NCBI RefSeq assembly: GCF_009914755.1
Contig: NC_060927.1
Source of the DNA: the human T2T-CHM13v2.0 reference genome, Homo sapiens
Reading direction: 5' to 3' (one strand)
DNA length: 64,000 nucleotides
Part shown: positions 38,561 through 51,934 of the stretch, piece after piece
Numbering within the stretch: position 1 is the first letter of the stretch
Layout: the number at the start of each line of letters is the position of its first letter
Notes under the pieces: model-generated
Seen by the model: the letters and a program-made list of their open reading frames with translations, nothing else
Databases searched by the model: none
Told to the model about the DNA's origin: nothing
Position numbers and translations under genes: made by a program

Positions 38561-41112
38561 GGAAGGAGTGCTCTTGTTTGGGAGTGGAGGGAGGGTGGCA
38601 TTAGAGATGATGAGTTTAATGTGTAGCATAAAACGTTTTATGTGCTTCAGGACAAATGGTGCGTTGGTTTTAGAAGAATTAATATTTGAGATGTTAGGGG
38701 GGATATCTATGTGCTGAGAACTCTGCGACATTTTCTGATTATATTTGGCTGTTGTGGTCATTACTATTTTTCTTTTACTTTCTGAATTGGAATACAGATC
38801 TGGGTTTCAGGATGCAAAGTCTATTTTCTGCAATAAAGTGTAATTAAATAATAGTTGGGGTGCAGTTACATTTTAAGTCAGAAACTTGAAATGTAGTCCT
38901 GCCTTCACTGTGTTTTGCAAAATTATTGCTTCTGAGCACTGATTGCTCTTGACTGGTAGGACCTCTTGTTTTGTGTCTGTTTTTATCTTAGCACTGTTTT
39001 CAGGCTGACAAATGTAACCCAGATTGTCTAAGAGCATCTGTCAAGACAGGAGAGAAGGAAGACAGGGCAAGAGAAGAGGGGAGGGAAAAACATACTTCAT
39101 TTAATTAGAAAAGTATTTGCAGGGCTTATGCTTCCTACCTGCTCTTTTTAGCTAGCAAGATCAGATTCTCCCCTGGAGATTGCTTCCTGGCCTGTAAGCC
39201 CAGACTAGGGCTTTCTTTTTGATGTGTGAGTCATCACAGTATTTCTGTGACTTATTATTTACTCACATGTAATAATTGCAGTGGGCACTACTGAGAATTG
39301 AGAGGAGCTTCTTCCCACCAGGGTGTGAAGTAGTTTTGACAGCAGGTGTGGTGTGTCAGCCTGAAACCTGAACAGGGCATCACCTTTTACCTGGTGCCAT
39401 CACAGAGTGCTCCAGATTTGGGTAGGAAGAGGATCCCGTCACATCCAGGCATCTCTTGGCAGAGGAAAGGGAGCTGGTCAGGGAGTTTTGAAAACAAAAA
39501 TTGTACTATAAAATGTTTTATTTGGGGAGCTGTGCTCTGGCAGCATCCTGATCTGAAATAATTCCTAGCCTTTTGTGTGGTTGGTGGTGGCTGATCCATG
39601 GAATCCTGCTGTGTCGCTCAGCTGCTGTTAAAATATTGGATCAAAGAAATGACTCAGGAGGAAAAGTGTCAAGTAAAAGTTAATCATTTCATCCTTGCTG
39701 AAAGATAGAATTTGAGTTGTTAAATTGCAGAATTAGTCCTGGAGTTTTTGTAGTTGTTGTTGTTGTTAGAAATTAGTTATGATAAGAAGTTGTATTCCTA
39801 CATCTGCATAGAGACGGTGTTTATCACTAGCACCTGTCTCTGGTTGGCATCAGTAAGGCAGAAAGTGAGAAGTGGTGACATATGTGAACGCATGAACAAT
39901 GCTAGGCATTGTACCTAAATTATCTCATTTAATCTATTGTGCAATAAAGGAAACTCAGAGATGCTCAGAGACTAAAGACGCCATCCGAAGTCACTGAGCA
40001 GGCACATGGCAACTACCGTTCAAACCCAGTGTAATTGTTGGCAAAATCTATACCACGCTGCCGTCAGTCATCTTTCAGTATGTTTTTCTAATTTGAAAGA
40101 GCAGATGAGGTTTCCATGATGAATTAGTTTCACCCAGGTGTTATCCCTTGATCGAAACACCATCCTGTCACGCCTGCCCCAGATTCCCAGCCTTCTATCC
40201 CCAGATGCTGTCTTCAAGTAACAAAGGAAGGAAAACATCTGAAGGGGCTCACTCCACGGTGCAGCAGCCAGCCCTACTTCATTCTTTGCTTTGAACTGTT
40301 TCTTGACTGCCTGTTAGACCATTTGTCAGATATGTTTTTAAACTATTACAGTTTCTGGCTATCCTTGTCACAAGGATAGATTACACAAGGTTCTCAGCAG
40401 CAAAGATGTCAGCTGTACAAATACAAGGATTTGGTCCTTGTTTTTCCTAGTGGTTTAAAATTGACTAAAGGCTACGGATGGGCCAAATGGGACAGCCAAG
40501 GATGGGACAGCTTGAGCTGTCAGGAAAGGAACATATAAAGGTTGTCTTGGGAGCAGGTCTCCTTGGTGCCCACCCAAAGTGGCTTCCTGCATTCTACAAA
40601 GCTTAGGGGAAAACAGCATTTAATTTACATGGAGTGTTCTGTCGTCTCCAAGAGAACTTAAAATCACTTGCTTGAACAAGCAGAATTTACAATAAGAGGG
40701 CTTGAGAACATGAATGGATAGCCTTTTGTTATGGAAACAAGTTGTGTTATACAGATTAAAATGTTAATAGTTTTGGATGGCAATTGGAACTGGAGCTTAT
40801 ATCTATTCATGGTTGTTTTCCCTGGGACTTGTAGATACCCAACCAAAAGAGTAGAGTATTTTTAGCCAGGTTGTCACCCACAAAGAAAATAAAATGAAGA
40901 TCTAGAACTAGGAATCCGGAGTTGAGAAAAAGAGGAACAGAAAGTGAGAGGATTGGTTACAAGCAATGACCATTTACAGAACAGGTGTGACTCATTCTCC
41001 AAGGTAGAGTTTATCACCTTACCCCACAAGGAATGACTTTCTGGAGAACCCATATTAGTCTCTTCCTTTATAAGACTTCACAGGAGAAAAAGGAGTGAAA
41101 AGGAAGAGAGAC

Positions 41113-41343
41113 TATCAAACTTATCCAACCCAGGGCCTGTGGGCTGCATGCGGCGGCCCAGGACAGCTTTGAATGTGGCCCAACACAAATCCATAAACTT
41201 TCTTAAAACATTATGAGATTTTTTTGTGTGTGATTTTTTTTTTCTAAGCTCATCAGCTATTGTTAGTGTATTTTATGTGTGGCCCAAGATAATTTGTCTT
41301 CTTCGAGTGTGGCCCAGGGAAGTCAAAAGATTGGACATCCCTG
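41113..41343. mobile_element. MER30 hAT MITE
   Basis: ggcccaggacagctttgaatgtggcccaacacaaat...ggcccagggaagtcaaaagattggacatccctg. Confidence 0.88.
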
Positions 41344-41497
41344 CCAAAGGTTGAGGAAGTTCATGTATAACCGTGTATTCAGATAAGTTCTAACTTACCT
41401 GACCAATTTTTGTTTGTTAATTTTATGCCACCTTTTTGCAGTTAAGTGGATTTTGGCATAGTTGCAGGGGCCATTTGTACTAACCTCTGTTGATTTT

Positions 41498-42095
41498 TTT
41501 TTTTAATACTTTAAGTTCTGGGGTACATGTGTAGAATGTGCAGGTTTGTTACATAGGTATACACATGCCATGGTGGTTTGTGGCACCCATCAACCCGTGT
41601 TCATCTACATTAGATATTTGTCCTAATGCTCTCCCTCCCCTAGCTCCCCACCCCCCAACAGGCCCCTGTGTGTGATGTTCCCCTCCCTGTGTCCAAATGT
41701 TCTCATTGTTCAACTCCTACTTATGAGTGAGAACATGCAGTGTTTGGTTTTCTGTTCCTGTGTTAGTTTGCTGAGAATGATGGTTTCCAGCTTCATGTCC
41801 CTGCAAAGGACATGAACTCATCCTTTTTAATGGCTGCATAGTATTCCATGGTGTATATGTGCCACATTTTCTTTATCCAGTCTATCATTGATGGACATTT
41901 GGGTTGGTCTCAAGTCTTTGCTGTTGTGAATAGTGCTGCAATAAACATACATGTGCATGTGTCTTTATAGTAGAATGATTTATAATCCTTTGGATATATA
42001 CCCAGTAATGGGATTGCTGGGTCAATCTATCTATCTGACAAAGGGATAATATCCAGAATCTACAAAGAACTTAAACAAATTTGCAAGAAAAAAAC
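41498..42095 (-). mobile_element. 5'-inverted (twin-primed) L1PA7/8-class insertion
   Basis: Minus-strand 3' end 41498-42024 plus an opposite-strand ORF2 piece 42024-42095. 16-bp TSD aacctctgttgatttt at 41482 and 42096. Confidence 0.92.
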
Positions 42096-44645
42096 AACCT
42101 CTGTTGATTTTCTACTAACTTTTTAGAAACTCTTGTTCTTAAAGTGTTCAGAGGCCTTGTGTTTCTCATCTGTGTAATAAAGGAAGTGATATAGATGACC
42201 CATAGTGTATGATTTGTAACTCCAGAAAATAGTTATAAGTGAATTCAGTTATCATTTGATGTACTAGACACCCAATGACTAGGGGAAAATCAGCAAAGGA
42301 TAGGTAGTTCTCTAGAGCCCTGTCTGGTCTTTCCTGTGTACGCACAGCTTTAAGCATTTGCCCAGCCTTGTATACCTTTAGAGATAAGGGGATCTTTAAA
42401 AGGCTGTCTTTAGTTCTTTCCTTCCCTGGATTTTCTTATTAAATTTCTGGCTGCTCTGCCATTTTGTGTTTGCTCGTTCCAACCAGTATCAAAACCTAGG
42501 CTAGCCTTGATGTTAGGCTGTCCTGATTGCTTGCCACTGTGACATCTCTTATTTCTGATAGTACCCTGGGCACTGTTTTCCATGCCCTGTTCCAAATATA
42601 GTCAGCCCCCTCCAGCAGGGCAGTGAGCTGCCAGCCCACATAGTCTTCCTCATCTGCTGAGGCTGGGGTAGGACTTTCAGGTAATGGAGCCTAAGGTGTG
42701 AGGGGGAAGAGGATAGGAGCAGTCTCTGGGGAAGATGTCACAGATTCCACTGTTGTTACTAAGATTCAGTAGGTGTTCTTTATAAATCCTTTTCAATTTG
42801 TTATATGCCATTGATCAGTTTTTAGAATCTTAATTTGGTTGTTTTTGACAACTGTGCCCACTTTTATCATTGCCCTTTGGGGAAAAGATTTGCCGAGCTC
42901 CTCGTTAAGCCATTCCAGAAATCCCACCTCTTTTTCATATAATTTATAAGTTTTCTTTAAAACTTATTTTACAATTCTGACTTCAGATTAGTGCATAGAC
43001 ATTATAGTTGTAAACATCTTGAGTCTCTTCTATTATCTCCTACGAGCCCTGCAGGTGCAATTTACCATGACTTGGCCCTAAACCATATTGATTTAATGAA
43101 CACAGTCAGCTATGTATATTCCTTGATGATCTGTTGGTAATTTGAAAGATCATATCAACAGACATTATCCTGAATGGTAGAGTTGTGAAGAATTGTGTCC
43201 TGTGAATTTTGCAATTCAGAGGACAGATTGATTAGAAAGAAGATATTCTGCTGGATAATATTTTACTTCAATAAATCTGGCAAATTTATAAGATCTTTTT
43301 TTGAGAAAAAGTCTAGGCAGGATACAGTTGTGGTAAAGAGTCTTTTAAAACCATCCTCACAAAACAGAAATTAAGTACCAAATTGGTTGCCGTGATCTCA
43401 AAGTAGTCATTTATTCCCTTCTATTTTCTGTACTCCATAAGAAGTCTTAAGCCTTAATCACATTTGAGTGATAGAAACATATCACAGTACCAGAAGACAG
43501 AAAATTAAAATGAAGTCTGGCTCTAAGAATGGGATAGAAACTAGTCATAATTCTAATCAAAAGTTATTTTATTTTCTAATTTTTAATAATTATATATTGT
43601 GATTTAAAAAATTTTAAAATATGTGCACATGCCCCTCTCCTTCAAATTTTATGTGTGCCAAGCATGGGCTCCATTTTGGCAGTGAAATGGCTGTGCATGC
43701 CACAGTAGACTAGGGGAGAGGTACTGACTATAGAGGTTCACTCCAAAAGGATCCGGCCTACCAAATCATAGTAATGTTGCTCATATCTTTTGTGAATCTA
43801 AATTATTAAAATAAAGGTTAAAATCATACCATTTAAGGGGTAAAGTTAATACTCAGGAGATCTTGAGGCCAAATAGTCTCATTTCTTTTGGGCACAGATC
43901 TCTCTAATGGTTAGGTTGTTTCCAGAGCTATGGTGCCAGCAGGGCCATTGTGGTTGAAGCAGGCCCACAGCTGATGCCTTGGATACTGAGAGCAAGGTTC
44001 ATTTCCAGGTCAGTGAAGCTTGCTGAGAGCCAGAGATAAAGGATGAGGACCTGAACTATAGGGCTGTACTAGAACTCATTTAGGAACATAGACATAAACC
44101 TCATTCACAGGGATGGGGCAAGTGTGGCAGGATTGGCAAAAGAAAACTGCAAGGAGATAAGCAGGTGGTATGCAGGAGTCCACTTCAGTCACCTTAGATA
44201 TACCTGGGCAAGAGCAGAAAAAGTAACCTCAGACGCTACCTGTCCATGGGATGGGCTGTATTAATATTCAGATAAGTAAGGTGGGATGAGCCTGCTGGTA
44301 AAAGGCTTTCAGAGCATGTAACTGGATGAAGTGTAAGCCAGGGACTGACCTGTGTGGTCTACCCTTTGCCAAGGAGATGTCATTGTCTCTATTCATAATG
44401 ACAATTGAACAGTCCCTGCTGCTGGCACAAATACCACAAGGCCCAAACAATATAAAACAAAATATATCCACTTTTGTCTTCATGGTTATCATTATTGCTA
44501 TTAATAAAAAGAAAGGACCTTGGGTTAGTGGACATGACCCTGGAATGGAAGTTGAAACTTAGTGCTTGGCCCATTAAGACATTACAGAAAAAAATCATGT
44601 AATTGGAATGAATCTCATTTTCCCACTGTCCTTGGTATTATTGGA

Positions 44646-44872
44646 CAGGATTTCTCAACCCTAATACAATGAACATTTTGGACCAGACAATTCTTTGTTA
44701 TGGGGAGAAGAGGGGCAGGCTGTCTTGTGTGTTGAGTATTTAGGAAGGTCTCTAGTCTCAACCCACCAGATCTCAGTAGCACTCCCCTTCCCCATCATGA
44801 CAACCAAAAATGTCTCCAGACATTGTCATATATATTCTGGGGGGCAAAATTGTCCCCAGTTAAGAACGGCTG
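44646..44872. mobile_element. MER20 hAT MITE
   Basis: caggatttctcaacc...gacaaccaaaaatgtctccagacattg...ggggcaaaattgtccccagttaagaac. Confidence 0.88.
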
Positions 44873-45499
44873 CTGAAAAGATACAAAATAAGCTTGTGTA
44901 AGATATGACTTTGTCCTTAAGGAATTCACAAACCTGTTAGGTGAACACACCTAATATAATATAATCCATGTACATGGATAATGTGGTAAAAGTTAAATTT
45001 GGAACAGTGAATTTCTCAACTTACACATAAAAAGAGTTAAAAGCAGAATATGAGACTAGCTACGGACAGGAAGGGTGCTGAGGAGCCAGGGATAGAAACA
45101 GCATTTGAGGATGGACAGCATTCAGCATATTTAGGGGAGATGAGGAGAGCAGCTCAGCTGGAGGAACAAGAGCAAGTATGTTTGTCAAGGTCCGTGAGAA
45201 CATTACCTGCTCAGGGTGGATGTGTGTGCTGGGAAGTAGAGGCAGGAGGCTGCACCAGGCTGCTGCTATCCTGGAGCACGGTTTCACACTCCACACTCCA
45301 CATGTCCCTGCTCCCTAAAACATCACATCCCAGGCATAAAGTTCGTTCTAGAAATCAGGCCTTACAAGTATTAGTGATTCTACTTTTCTCCTCTCCCCAT
45401 GTGATTAAGTGTGATAATAAAACACCTGCTAATACTTTAACTCACAATCTATGCCCCCTCATTAGGGATTCTACTTGATAAGGCTGTTAGTGTAGTATA

Positions 45500-45740
45500 A
45501 TTATAACTAACACTTATTAAGTTCTCACTATGTTCCAAACAGTGTTCTAAATGCTTTACATGTCTCAATTATTTTCCCAACAGCCCTAGTTGTAGTATGT
45601 TGTCATTTTCTCAGTTTTCAGAATGAGGAAACTGAGGTGTGAAGAGGTTATATCTTGAATATGCCCAAGATTATGCACCTAATAAGTGGCATAAACAGCA
45701 TTTGAATCCAGATGGTCTGGCTCCAGTGTACTTTTAACCC
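45500..45740 (-). mobile_element. MIR
   Basis: ctaacacttatt...atgaggaaactgagg...tttgaatccagatggtctggctcc. Confidence 0.75.
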
Positions 45741-46647
45741 ATATTATACCCCTTCTCTATCCATGCTGATAAAATTGTGTATGTGACATAGATAGCAAAA
45801 AAACTACATAGAAAAAAGAAACAAGTGTATGGTGCTGAAGGAATTACTGGTTCATACCCAGAGCTCTGGCCTCTGAAAAATCCAAAACTGTCCTTGAGGC
45901 ATGGGCTTATCTGCAGGGAGTTTACATTCCAGGGGTGAATTGAAAGGAAGCTCTGGGTTTGGAATTAATATCACATAAATTACTTAGATATATTCAGTAT
46001 TAGGAATATTGGTGTACCTAATCTGAATCTTTTAAAATGGGAATGCTTAGATCTGACTTATTTCCAGATTTCATAGATTAATGTATTCAATTCATATTCC
46101 CCAGGATATTAAAGTACAGTGCATTCATCTGGAGCTGTTTAAAAAAGAAAAAAAAAAAGAGTGCTTTATGTTTGTATAGGTCATTTTCAATTGCATCATT
46201 TAATTTTATCATAACAGCTCCAGAAGCAAAACTGCTTATGAAGCATAAGAGTTTGCATTAATCTTTTCATTCCTTTGCCTTTTATTATTGCCTTGTATGG
46301 CGAAAAGATGTCATAATTCTGTTTTACAGATGAGGAAACAGGTACAGAGAGATGAAGCCAATTACCCAAGAAGGCAGAAACAGATTTAGGTGTGTAAGTC
46401 TCCTAAGCCCCCTGGGTAGATTCTAAATCTGCTGCACTGAAATGGGCTGCAGGGGAGGCCAGACAGCCAATATGGTTTCCTTCGTACACAAAGACTCCAT
46501 GCTCAGCCTTGACCACGCTGGTGTCTCGCCAGCCCCAGCACATGCCCTTCTCTGCCTTCACTCATTCTACTTCCCTGACCTGCATTGCTTCCTCTCTTCT
46601 CTGATACTCTAAGTTACGAACATTCTACAAGGGAAAGGAAGGCTCAC

Positions 46648-49600
46648 TTTTATTTTATTTTATTTTATTTTATTTTATTTTATTTTATTTTGCTTTGCTT
46701 TAAATTCTGGGGTACATGTGCAGAACGTGCAGCTTTGTTACATAGGTATACACATGCCATGGTGGTTTGCTGTACCCATCAACCTGTCATCTATATTAGG
46801 TATTTCTCCTAATGCTGTCTCTCCCCTAGCCGCCCACACCCTGACAGGCCCTGGTGTGTGATGTTCCCCTCCCTGTGTCCATGTGTTCTCGCTATTCAAC
46901 TTCCACTTATGAGTGAGAACATGCGGTGTTTGGTTTTCTGTTCCTGTGTTAGTTTGCTGAGAATGATGGTTTCTAGCTTCATCCATGTCCCTGCAAAGGA
47001 CATGAACTCATCCTTTTTAATGGTTGCATAGTATTCCATGGTGTATATGTGCCACATTTTCTTTATCCAGTCTATCATTGAGGGGCATTTGGGTTGGTTC
47101 CAAGTCTTTGCTATTGTGAATAGTGCTGCAATAAACATACGTGTGCATGTGTCTTTATAGTAGAATGATTTATAATCCTTTGGGTATATATCCAGTAATG
47201 GGATTACTGGGTCAAGTGGTATTTCTAGTTCTAGATCCTTGAGGAATTGTCATACTGTCTTCCACAATAGTTGAACTAATTTACAGTCCTACCAACAGTG
47301 TAAAAGTGTTCCTATTTCTCCACATCCTCTCCAGCATCTGTTGTTTCCTTTTTAATGATCGCCATTCTAACTGGTGTAAGATGGTATCTCATTGTGCTTT
47401 TGATTTGCATTTCCCTAATGACCAGTGATGATGAGCTTTTTTTCATATTTGTTGGCTGCATAAATGTCTTCTTTTAGAAGTGTCTGTTCATGTCCTTCGC
47501 CCACTTTTTGATGGGGTTGTTTGTTTTTTTCCTGTAAATTTGTTTAAGTTCCTTGTAGATTCTGAATATTAGCCCTTTGTCAGATGGATAGATTGCAAAA
47601 ATTTTCTCCCATTCTGTAGGTTGCCTGTTCACTCTGATAGTTTCTTTTGCTATGCAGAAGCTCTTTAGTTTAATTAGATCCCATTTGTCAATGTTGGCTT
47701 TTGTTGCCATTGCTTTTGGTGTTTTAGTCACAAAGTCTTTGCCCATGCCTATGTCCTGAATGGTATTGCCTAGGTTTTCTTATAGGGTTTTTATGGTTTT
47801 AGGTCTTTCCTTTAAGTCTTTAATCAATCTTGAATTAATTTTTCTATAAGATGTAAAGAAGGGGTCCAGTTTTAGTTTTCTGCATATGACTAGCCAGTTT
47901 TCCCAATACCTGTTATTAAATAGGAAATCCTTTCCCCATTTCTTGTTTTTGTCAGGTTTGTCAAAGATCAGATGGTTGTAGATGTGTGGTGTTATTTCTG
48001 AGGCCTCTGTTTTGTTCCATTGGTCTGTATATCTGTTTTGGGCCAGTAACATGCTGTTTTGGTTACTGTAGCCTTGTAGTGTAGTTTGAAGTCAGGTAGC
48101 ATGATGCCTCCAGCTTTATTGTTTTTGCTTAGGATTATCTTGGCTATACAGGCTCTTTTTTGGTTCCGTATGGAATTTAAAGTAGTTTTTTTTCTAATTC
48201 TGTGAAGAAAGTCAATGGAAGCTTGATGGGGATAGCATTGAATCTATAAATTACTTTGGGCAGCCTGGCCATTTTCACGATATTGATTCTTCCTAACCAT
48301 GAGCATAGAATGTTTTTCCATTTGTTTGTGTCCGCTCTTATTTCGTTGAGCAGTGGTTTGTAGTTCTCCTTGAAGAGGTCCTTCACATCCCTTGTAAGTT
48401 GTATTCCTAGGTATTTTATTCTCTTTGTAGCAATTGTGAATAAGAGTTCACTCATGATTTGGCTCTCTGTTTGTCTGTTATTGGTGTATAGGAATGCTTG
48501 TGATTTTTGCACACTGATTTTGTACCTTGAGACTTTGCTGAAGTTGCTTATCAGCTTGAGGAGATTTTGGGCTGAGACGATGGGGTTTTCTAAATAGACA
48601 ATCATGTCATCTGCAAACAGAGACAGTTTGACTTCCTCTCTTCCTATTTGAATACGCTTTATTTCTTTCTCTTGCCTGATTGTCCTGGCCAGAACTTCCA
48701 ATACTATGTTGAATAGGAGTGGTGAGAGAGGGCATCCTTGTCTTGTGCCGGTTTTCAAAGGGAATGCTTCCAACTTTGGCCCATTCAGTATGATACTGGC
48801 TGTGGGTTTGTCATAAATAGCTCTTATTGTTTTGAGATACATTCCATCAATACCTAGTTTATTGAGAGTTTTTAGCATGAAGCGATGTTGAGTTTTATTG
48901 AAGGCATTTTCTGCATCTATTGAGATAATCGTGGTTTTTGTCATTGGTTCTGTTTATGTGATGGATTACATTGATTGATTTATGTATGTTGAACCAGCCT
49001 TGCATCCCTGGGATGAAGCTGACTTGATTGTGGTGGATAAACTATTTGATGTACTGCTGGATTAGATTTGCCAGTATTTTATTGAGGATTTTCACATCAA
49101 TGTTCATCAGGGGTATTGGCCTGATGTTTTCTTTTTTTGTAGTGTTTCCGACAGGTTTTGGTATCAGGATGATGCTGGACTCTTAAAATGAGTTAGGGAG
49201 GAGTCCCTCTTTTTCTGTTGTTTGAAATAGTTTCAGAAGGAACGGAAGCAGCTCCTCTTTGTACCTCTGGTAGAATTCAGCTGTGAATCTGTCTGGTCAT
49301 GGGCTTTTTTTAGTTGGTAGGCTATTAATTACTGCCTCAATTTTAGAACTTGTTATTGGTCTATTCAGGGATTCGACTTCTTCCTGGTTTAGTCTTGGGA
49401 TGGTGTATGTGTCCAGGAATTTATCAAATTCTTCTAGATTTTCTAGTTTATTTGCATAGAGGTGTTTATAGTATTTTCTGATGGTAGTTTGTATTTCTGT
49501 GGGATCAGTGTTGATATCCCTTTTATCATTTTTTATTGTGTCTATTTGATTCTTCTCTCTTCTCTTCTTTATTAATCTGGCTAGTGGTCTATTTTATTAA

Positions 49601-50065
49601 TCTTTTGAAAAAACCAGCTCCTGGATTCATTGATTTTTTGAAGGCTTTTTCATGTCTCTCTGTCCTTCAGTTCTGCTCTGATCTTAGTTATTTCTTGTCT
49701 TCTGCTAGCATTTGAATTCGTTTGCTCTTGCTTCTCTAGTTCTTTTAATTGTGATATTAGGGTGTCGATTGTAGATCTTTCCTGCTTTCTCCTGTGGGCA
49801 TTTAGTACTATACATTTCCCTCTAAACACTGCTTTAGCTGTGTCCCAGAGATTCTGTTACGTTGTGTCTTTGTTCTCATAGGTTTCAAAGAACTTATTTA
49901 TTTCTGCCTTAATTTTGTTATTTACTCAGTAGTCATTCAGGAGCAGGTTTTCAGTTTCCATGTAGTTGTGTGGGTGTGAGTGAGTTTCTTAATCCTGAGT
50001 TCTAATTTGATTCCACTGTGGTCTGAGAGACTGTTTGTTATGATTTTCGTTATTTTGCGTTTGCT
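46648..50065 (-). mobile_element. 3.4-kb 5'-truncated L1PA7/8-class element
   Basis: Continuous minus-strand L1 from an (ATTTT)n tail through the ORF2 RT region. Confidence 0.95.
48177..48944 (-). pseudogene. L1 ORF2 reverse-transcriptase fragment
   Basis: [13 protein letters not shown] and [10 protein letters not shown] motifs, flanked by frameshifts. Confidence 0.95.
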
Positions 50066-50068
50066 TAT

Positions 50069-50305
50069 GTGTTCCCTTTTCTTTGAAACTTCTCCAACAT
50101 CTGTTCTTTTTTGACTTTTTAACAAAAGCCATTCTGACTGGTGTGAGATGGTATCTCTTTGTGGTTTTGATTTGCATTTCTCTAATGATTAGTAATGTTG
50201 AGCATTTGTCCATATACTTGTTGGCCACATACATGTTTTCTTTTGAAAAATGTCTGTTCATGTCCTTTGCCCACTTTTTAATGGGGTTGTTTGTTTTTTG
50301 CTTGT
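50069..50305 (-). mobile_element. Older L1PB/MA ORF2 fragment fused to the L1PA 5' end
   Basis: ORF 49989-50261 gives MNRHFSKE...REMQIKTT, more diverged than the adjacent L1PA. Confidence 0.75.
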
Positions 50306-50496
50306 AGTAAAAATATTGGCAACTTTCTTAACCCTCTTGAGCCTCAGGTTTCCCACCTGTAAAATGTAGTCAGTACAACCTACTACCTATTGCTGAGAAG
50401 ATTTTTTTATTTAAAGAATCTCAATGACCACATCAGTATTTTCCCCTCTCAGTCTGGCCTAAGACATACCTGCTTTGAGAAATCTTTTCTTTGCTT

Positions 50497-50763
50497 GAAA
50501 TCCTTGTCTGATTAAAAACTCCTCTGAATGCTGTGATAAATCCTATGGTGCTGGATTAAAGTTAGAAATATCAGTATGAACTCCTGTTTATTTTAATGCA
50601 TATTTGGATAGCTAGCTACAGAAATACAGAAATCTTTGTCTGATTAAAAACCCTCCTCTGAATGCCGTGATAAATCCTATGGTGCTGGATTAAAGTTAGA
50701 AATATCAGTATGAACTCCTGTTATTTTAATGCATATTTGGATAGCTAGCTACAGAAAAACAGA
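50497..50763 (+). repeat. 132-bp tandem duplication overlapping an L1MC 3' fragment (~50540-51060)
   Basis: Units start at 50497 and 50629 and differ at only a few positions. Confidence 0.93.
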
Positions 50764-51419
50764 TATCTCTGTATACCTGCATTAATATACATACAAATAT
50801 TTTCCAGCTGTATCCATGAAGAGCAATGAACATTCCTAGTACCCAGATTTTGGTTTCTGAATATCATTTTCTGATAAAATAGCCCAGGGCTCCTTGGAGA
50901 AATGGCTGATTCTAAGACTGGGAGAGGAAAATACAAGAGGAACTGAGAGCATCTTTTGGTGCCAGAAAGTAAGAAAATGCTCAAGATTTTAAAAGTACAC
51001 TAAAAGGACACAGAAGCCAATCTGAAAGAACATCTAATGGCCAAAGCTAGGCAAATATAATAGCTACTTTTCTTGGGGAAGTTGGAAAATGTACAGGATA
51101 ACTGAGGAGCCAGAGAGTCTGGTTTTGTTGTGGTAGTATTGCACTTTCATTTCTAGGAGCATTAATTAATAATAAAAAAAAATCTTCCATGAGGATATGG
51201 ACTGCTTACATCATATCATTATGCTTTCATTTAGGTGATGCTAACACTGGAAAAAGTCCAAGATTTCACTGAAAAGTCTTCCATGTGTTCAGAATATAAA
51301 TCCTATTAACAGGACTTCATCATGATACTTCTTAAATTACGTTCTTGATAGCAGTCATTCAAGAGAGTCTCTCAGCTTTTAAATGTGCCAGTAAGGTTTA
51401 AAAAAAAAATCCAAACATT

Positions 51420-51735
51420 GGTCAGGTATGGTGGCTCATGTCTGTAATCCCAACACTTTGGGAGGCTGAGGTGGGAGGATCACTTGAGCCCAGGAGTTTG
51501 TGACCAGCCTAGGCAGCATAGTGAGACCCCATCTCTACAAAAAATAAATAAAATCAGCCAGGCATGGTGATGCATGCCTGTGGTCCCAGCTACTCAGGAG
51601 GCTGAGGTCAGGGGATCACTTGACCCTGGGAGGCTGAGGCTGCAGTGAGCCAAAATTATGCCACTGCACTCCAGCCTGGGTGACAGAGGGAGACCCTGTC
51701 TCAAACAAAACAAAACAAAAACAACAAGAAAACAC
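51420..51735 (+). mobile_element. AluJ
   Basis: ggaggatcacttgagcccaggagtttg, gaggctgcagtgagc and a (CAAAA)n tail. Confidence 0.92.
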
Positions 51736-51934
51736 AAATATTTAACCTAGCTTATATAATAAGAGAAGAAAACACCTACATCAGTCAAGCTGGACTTCAC
51801 TACCTGATATTGCTCCATAAAAGAATGACCAATAGGAGCTTAGGTTTTAGGCCTTACTCAGTTGACTCAGCACCCCACAGGCCCTCAGATGAAACAGTTC
51901 ACCTTTCCTGTCTCCCCCAACCAGCTTTCCTGAA

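Noticed and set aside
48177-48944. 255-aa reverse transcriptase ORF as a functional or novel RT gene
   Set aside because: It is an internal piece of a 5'-truncated, frameshifted L1 ORF2.
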